Below are positions 57,947 through 61,744 of a DNA stretch of 61,744 nucleotides, one piece after another. The notes beneath the pieces are model-generated. The model was not told the origin of the DNA and made no database searches. It saw only the letters and a list, made by a program, of their open reading frames with translations. Position 1 is the stretch's first letter. The number at the start of each line of letters is the position of its first letter. Made by a program: the position numbers and the translations under genes. The stretch covers positions 1 to 61,744 of the forward strand of contig JASLBU010000234.1 in the NCBI GenBank assembly GCA_030146365.1. The letters are read 5' to 3'. This DNA is from Candidatus Limnocylindria bacterium (GTDB lineage Bacteria > Chloroflexota > Limnocylindria > QHBO01).

Positions 57947-58686
57947 TCGCTCTTGGGCGCGTCGATGGCCTGTCGCTGGAGGCCGAAGAGCTGCCGGATT
58001 CCCGCGGCGGCGAGATCGATCATGGCGTCCATCTGCCCGCGAGTGAACGCGCCGTGCTCGGCCGTGCCCTGCACTTCGATCAGGCGGTCGTCATCGACCA
58101 TGACCACGTTGAAGTCGACGTCGGCGGTCGAATCCTCGCTGTAGTCCAGGTCGAGGAAGGTCTGGCCACCCACGACCCCGACGCTCACCGCGGCCACCTG
58201 CCCCGTGATGAGGTGGGCCATGCCGTAGGTGGTGAGCGCGCGGGCCAGCGCCACGTAGGCCCCGGTGATGCTGGCGGTTCGGGTGCCGCCATCGGCCTGG
58301 ATCACATCGCAGTCGACGGTGATCGTTCGTTCACCGAGCTTGGCCATGTCAACGACGCCGCGCAGACTGCGGCCGATGAGCCGCTGGATCTCGTGCGTGC
58401 GCCCGCCGACGGAGCCGCGCGCCGCCTCCCGCTGGCTGCGTTGGGTTCCTGCCCGCGGCAGCATGCTGTACTCGGCAGTGACCCAGCCGCGACCCTTGCC
58501 GCGCATCCAGCCCGGCACGCGGTCCTCGATCGTGACCGCACAGATGACCCGCGTGTCACCGACGCGGATCAGCACTGATCCCTCGGCGAACTTCAGGTAG
58601 TCGGGAACGATCTTGACGGGCCGGAGCTGGTTGGAGACCCGGCCGTCGTTACGACGGCCGGGTCCGGTGGCGCTGGAAGTCGTCAT
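57943..58686 (-). CDS. rph: Ribonuclease PH
   Basis: RPVKI...[27 protein letters not shown] and [16 protein letters not shown] are diagnostic. Confidence 0.9.
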   Translation of the reverse strand: MTTSSATGPGRRNDGRVSNQLRPVKIVPDYLKFAEGSVLIRVGDTRVICAVTIEDRVPGWMRGKGRGWVTAEYSMLPRAGTQRSQREAARGSVGGRTHEIQRLIGRSLRGVVDMAKLGERTITVDCDVIQADGGTRTASITGAYVALARALTTYGMAHLITGQVAAVSVGVVGGQTFLDLDYSEDSTADVDFNVVMVDDDRLIEVQGTAEHGAFTRGQMDAMIDLAAAGIRQLFGLQRQAIDAPKSE

Positions 58687-58720
58687 GTGGCTGCCGATTC
58701 TACCGGCAGCCGGGCGGAGC

Positions 58721-59725
58721 CTACCCGCCGAACGCGCGCTCGAGGAAGCCGGCCATCTGCTCCCGGGTCACGGGCGAATTCGGGCAGAACTGTCCGGCTG
58801 AGCAACCGCCGGTGATTCCGGCGGCGGCGAGGGAGTTGACGGCTCCCTCGTGCGTGGTCCCGTTGTCATCCCAGAAGTAGTCTCGGGCCGAGACCGGCAG
58901 GCTCAACGTCCGCGCCAGGAAGCTTGCCATCTGGCCGCGCGTCACCGTGCTGGTCGGGCAGTAGCGGGCGTCGGTGCACCCCACGGCGATCTTCGCCGCG
59001 GCGATGCCGTTGATGTCGGCTCGGTGCATTGACGATGAAACGTCGGTGAACCATCCGCTCGACTGCGCCGGCAGGCCGGTCACGCGGCGGAGGAAGCTGG
59101 CCATCTGCTCGCGCGTGACGGCTGCCCTGGGGCAGAACTTGCTGGCGGTGCAGCCCGCGGTGACCTCGTTGGTGACGAGCCAGCCGATCTCCGCCTTGAA
59201 TGCAGACAGACCGATGTCCGTGAAGCCGCTCGTGGTGGTCGTGTCGCTCGTTCCGCAGAGTTCGGCGAAGATCATGGCCCCGTAGTGCCGAGACTCCGGC
59301 CCCGGTGAAGTGCTTCCGCCCGCGTGCGTGTATCCGTCGCCGAGCATGATCTCGCGATGCGAGGTCGACTTGAACCATTGCTCGCCGAAGCGAGTGATCG
59401 AGCCTGTCCCGTTGTAGGCGATGATCTCGCCGAAGGTTCGCCAGCAGACGCCCGAGGCGTTGAGCCGGGCCCCGATCAGGTCGAGGTCATGCGCCATATG
59501 GTCGGCCTCCGCCATGGCGTTCGAGCGCTCGACGGCAATGGCCTCCAGGACGGCGTTCGCCCCGACCGGAGGAACCTCGGCCGCGCCGCGATACTGGTTC
59601 GTCACCGCGAGAAACTCGGCATTGCCCGCCGCCCGCACCGGCGCGGCAACGCTGGGGAGGATGAGCGCGGCCAGGAGCGCGGCAGCGAGCATCGGGGTGA
59701 AACCATGGTGCAGGACGCGGAACAT
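58721..59725 (-). CDS. Secreted CAP/SCP (PR-1-like, YkwD-type) domain protein with a 3x SLH-like module
   Basis: A signal peptide is followed by [14 protein letters not shown]...[20 protein letters not shown]...GEIIAYNG...[14 protein letters not shown], a CAP pattern. The last 167 aa are the SLH-like module. Confidence 0.8.
   Translation of the reverse strand: MFRVLHHGFTPMLAAALLAALILPSVAAPVRAAGNAEFLAVTNQYRGAAEVPPVGANAVLEAIAVERSNAMAEADHMAHDLDLIGARLNASGVCWRTFGEIIAYNGTGSITRFGEQWFKSTSHREIMLGDGYTHAGGSTSPGPESRHYGAMIFAELCGTSDTTTTSGFTDIGLSAFKAEIGWLVTNEVTAGCTASKFCPRAAVTREQMASFLRRVTGLPAQSSGWFTDVSSSMHRADINGIAAAKIAVGCTDARYCPTSTVTRGQMASFLARTLSLPVSARDYFWDDNGTTHEGAVNSLAAAGITGGCSAGQFCPNSPVTREQMAGFLERAFGG
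58724..59224 (-). repeat. 3x SLH-like repeat module (Cys-pair variant)
   Basis: The repeats contain [36 protein letters not shown] and [18 protein letters not shown]. Confidence 0.8.
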
Positions 59726-59839
59726 GAGTGACTCCAGGCAGGAATACGGGTGGGTGGGTACGCCCACACCGTAGGTCTCGTCATCCCGGCTGGCGATGGT
59801 CCGTATGGCTGACTGAGGTATGACCCGATCGGCTGAGCC

Positions 59840-61726
59840 TCAGCGTGTCAGTCCGCGATGAAGGAAGGCAGCCATCTGCTCGCGCGTGACGCTCGCCCGT
59901 GGGCAGAACGTGCTCGTCCCACATCCACCGGTGATGCCGGAAGCCGCCAGACGGTTGATGTCACCCTGATGGCCACTGGCGGCATCGTCACTGAAGTAGT
60001 CGGTCCCGGTCGTCGGAAGAGCCAGGGCCCGTGCCAGGAAGCTCGCCATCTGCTCACGGGTGACCGTGGCCCTCGGGCAGAAGCTGCCGGGCCCGCAGCC
60101 TCCGGTGATACCCGAGGCCGCTAGCCGATTGATGTCGCCCTGGTGAGCGCTGCCCGCATCATCGGTGAAATAGTCGGTCGCGGTGGCGGGCAGCTTCAGA
60201 GCCCGGACCAGGAAGCTCGCCATCTGTTCGCGGGTGACCACACCCTGAGGACAGAAGGTCGTCTGCGAGCAGCCGCCCGTGATCGCCCGGTCCGCGAGCC
60301 AGATGATGTCGAAGACGAACGGCGAATCGGAGATATCGGTGAACGGTAGTGGGCCGAACCGCACGTAGATGGTGTCCCAGAGCTCCGGCCTGGACCCGTC
60401 CATGAGCAGATGCCAGACGCCGATTCCGCGCAGCCCATTGCCCTTCACCATGGCGTACTTGGCGTTGAGCGAGGTCGCATCATCGTAGTAGCCCTGGACC
60501 CAGGTCCCGTACGCGCTGCTCTGGTACCGGTACCACGGAACCTGGCCGGTGGGATCCCACAGCCGACCGTGCTCCCTGACCGCCTCGAGCGCATTGACGT
60601 AGCCCGGCGCCCAGCTGCGGCCGAATGGCTCCGAGGCCGGCTTTGCCGTTGGGCAGATCGTCGATGATCTGCAGGTGAGGGAGTGCGCCGTGCCGGCCTG
60701 TGTGGTCCACGCGCGGCCGTAGTACGGCACGCCCCAGATCAACTTGGACGCGGGGACGATGGCCAGGTGGTCCCGCATCGCTGTGCGCGCGTCGAAGATG
60801 TACGGACTGTCGATGGGCGCCACGCCGCCAGCGCGCGCGGACCCGGACCAGCTGAAGTCATAGGCCATGACCATCAGCGCATCCGCCGCACCCGGTGCGC
60901 TGAGGGCCGCGACGTCGTACCCGGTGCTCCACGACGCGGCACCCGCCATGGTTGCCACGGACACGTACGAGCCGGCGCCCTGTGCCGTCAGCCCGGCCTT
61001 CAGCTCACGGACGAACGTCGTGAACTGCGAGCGCAGACCGGAGGGCACCGGCTCGAAGTCGACGTTGACCCCATCGGCACCCCGCGCCTTGATGGTTGAG
61101 CCGATCTCCTGGATCAGCCTGGCGCGGTTGGTCGAGCTGGCGAGAAGCTCGGTCATCGCCGAATAGTCACCGTTCCACGCCATCATCGTGACGGTCAGCA
61201 CCACGCGGACGCCAAGCTGGTGCGACTTCGTGATGACCCCTGTCATGGCCGACGAGGCCCAGCCGGCCCACTCCGTCGTTGGCACCCCCGTCGCCGTGGT
61301 CTTTGCCAGCGTGCCTGCGCCGGTGGCGCTCACCGCGAAGTAGGCGATCGTGGAGACGTGGTCATACCGCAGGTGCTGCATGCTCGCCGAGCTCAGCGCC
61401 CAGTAGGGCAGGTACCCGAACACCTCGTGGCTGAGTCCATTCGGGAGCGCAACGACGCCGGCCGTCTTCCCATCGCTCAATGACATCGTGCCGCCATCGC
61501 GCCCCGGCAACGAGAGTGGCGGCGGCATGTCGCCTGGCTGGAACTCGTGGCTCTCTCCAGAGCGCTCGAGCAACATCTCAGCGTGGATGCCGGGAGCCAC
61601 GGCCGGCGCATCCGGCGCTGGCTGAGGGCTCGGCGAGGGGTCCGACGCGCGCGCGGGCGTGACGGCCGGCAGAAGGAAGAACAGGGACAGGAGGGCGGCA
61701 AGCGGCCGGACGCGCGGCTTGAACAT
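59840..61726 (-). CDS. Secreted glycoside hydrolase family 18 (chitinase/YaaH-like) protein with a 3x SLH-like module
   Basis: The signal peptide is MFKPRVRPLAALLSLFFLLPAVTPARA. The GH18 catalytic motif GADGVNVDFEPV (DxxDxDxE), MAYDFSW and GVPYYGRAW are present. The last 167 aa are the SLH-like module. Confidence 0.85.
   Translation of the reverse strand: MFKPRVRPLAALLSLFFLLPAVTPARASDPSPSPQPAPDAPAVAPGIHAEMLLERSGESHEFQPGDMPPPLSLPGRDGGTMSLSDGKTAGVVALPNGLSHEVFGYLPYWALSSASMQHLRYDHVSTIAYFAVSATGAGTLAKTTATGVPTTEWAGWASSAMTGVITKSHQLGVRVVLTVTMMAWNGDYSAMTELLASSTNRARLIQEIGSTIKARGADGVNVDFEPVPSGLRSQFTTFVRELKAGLTAQGAGSYVSVATMAGAASWSTGYDVAALSAPGAADALMVMAYDFSWSGSARAGGVAPIDSPYIFDARTAMRDHLAIVPASKLIWGVPYYGRAWTTQAGTAHSLTCRSSTICPTAKPASEPFGRSWAPGYVNALEAVREHGRLWDPTGQVPWYRYQSSAYGTWVQGYYDDATSLNAKYAMVKGNGLRGIGVWHLLMDGSRPELWDTIYVRFGPLPFTDISDSPFVFDIIWLADRAITGGCSQTTFCPQGVVTREQMASFLVRALKLPATATDYFTDDAGSAHQGDINRLAASGITGGCGPGSFCPRATVTREQMASFLARALALPTTGTDYFSDDAASGHQGDINRLAASGITGGCGTSTFCPRASVTREQMAAFLHRGLTR
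59843..60343 (-). repeat. 3x SLH-like repeat module (Cys-pair variant)
   Basis: The repeats contain [36 protein letters not shown] and GCGTSTFC..VTREQMAAFL. Confidence 0.8.
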
Positions 61727-61744
61727 ATGACCGCACGCTACTCC

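Noticed and set aside
1-61744. Anti-phage defence systems, prophage, CRISPR-Cas, restriction-modification, secondary-metabolite (NRPS/PKS/RiPP) clusters.
   Set aside because: Scanning all supported CDS gave no nuclease, helicase, ATPase, reverse-transcriptase, methyltransferase, Cas, capsid/terminase or thiotemplate signatures. The accessory content is envelope glycan and wall-anchored enzymes.

Overview
This is a very GC-rich, densely coding bacterial chromosome segment. I call 48 CDS, one complete tRNA-Pro(UGG), and one tRNA-Pro(CGG) cut by the window edge. I found no transposase, integrase, CRISPR array, rRNA or recognisable anti-phage defence gene. Housekeeping genes are scattered through the window: serA, ppa, glnA, rph-rdgB, mazG, a PrsA/SurA-type PPIase, a Cys/Met PLP enzyme and a GGDEF cyclase. 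The dominant content is a large cell-envelope glycan and wall-anchoring region. (1) Six secreted enzymes each end in the same 164-167 aa module of three SLH-like repeats. The enzymes are a lysyl-oxidase-like protein, a PQQ-type sugar dehydrogenase, a glucuronyl C5-epimerase-like protein, an S8 protease, a CAP/SCP protein and a GH18 hydrolase. All 18 repeats carry an invariant G-C-x5-C-P cysteine pair that is not part of the classical SLH consensus. (2) The machinery that in Firmicutes builds and attaches the SLH ligand (pyruvylated secondary cell-wall polymer) is present: CsaB pyruvyltransferase coupled to a UDP-GlcNAc 2-epimerase, a WecA/TagO-type initiating transferase, an LCP ligase, several GT4 enzymes, two Wzy/O-antigen-ligase-like proteins and two Wzx flippases. 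(3) There is a complete pseudaminic acid operon (pseB-C-F-G/H-I) behind a flippase and an uncharacterised GT-B-like protein. (4) There is a five-gene WbpA/B/E/D/I-like set for UDP-2,3-diacetamido-2,3-dideoxy-mannuronic acid. My main candidate for an undescribed system is this co-located cargo, anchor and ligand-synthesis kit built around the cysteine-containing SLH variant, especially its lysyl-oxidase and C5-epimerase cargos. All functional calls come from motif recognition by eye, with no database search. Many gene starts were re-placed inside the longer ORF-track entries using homology boundaries, start/stop coupling, and -10 or SD signals.
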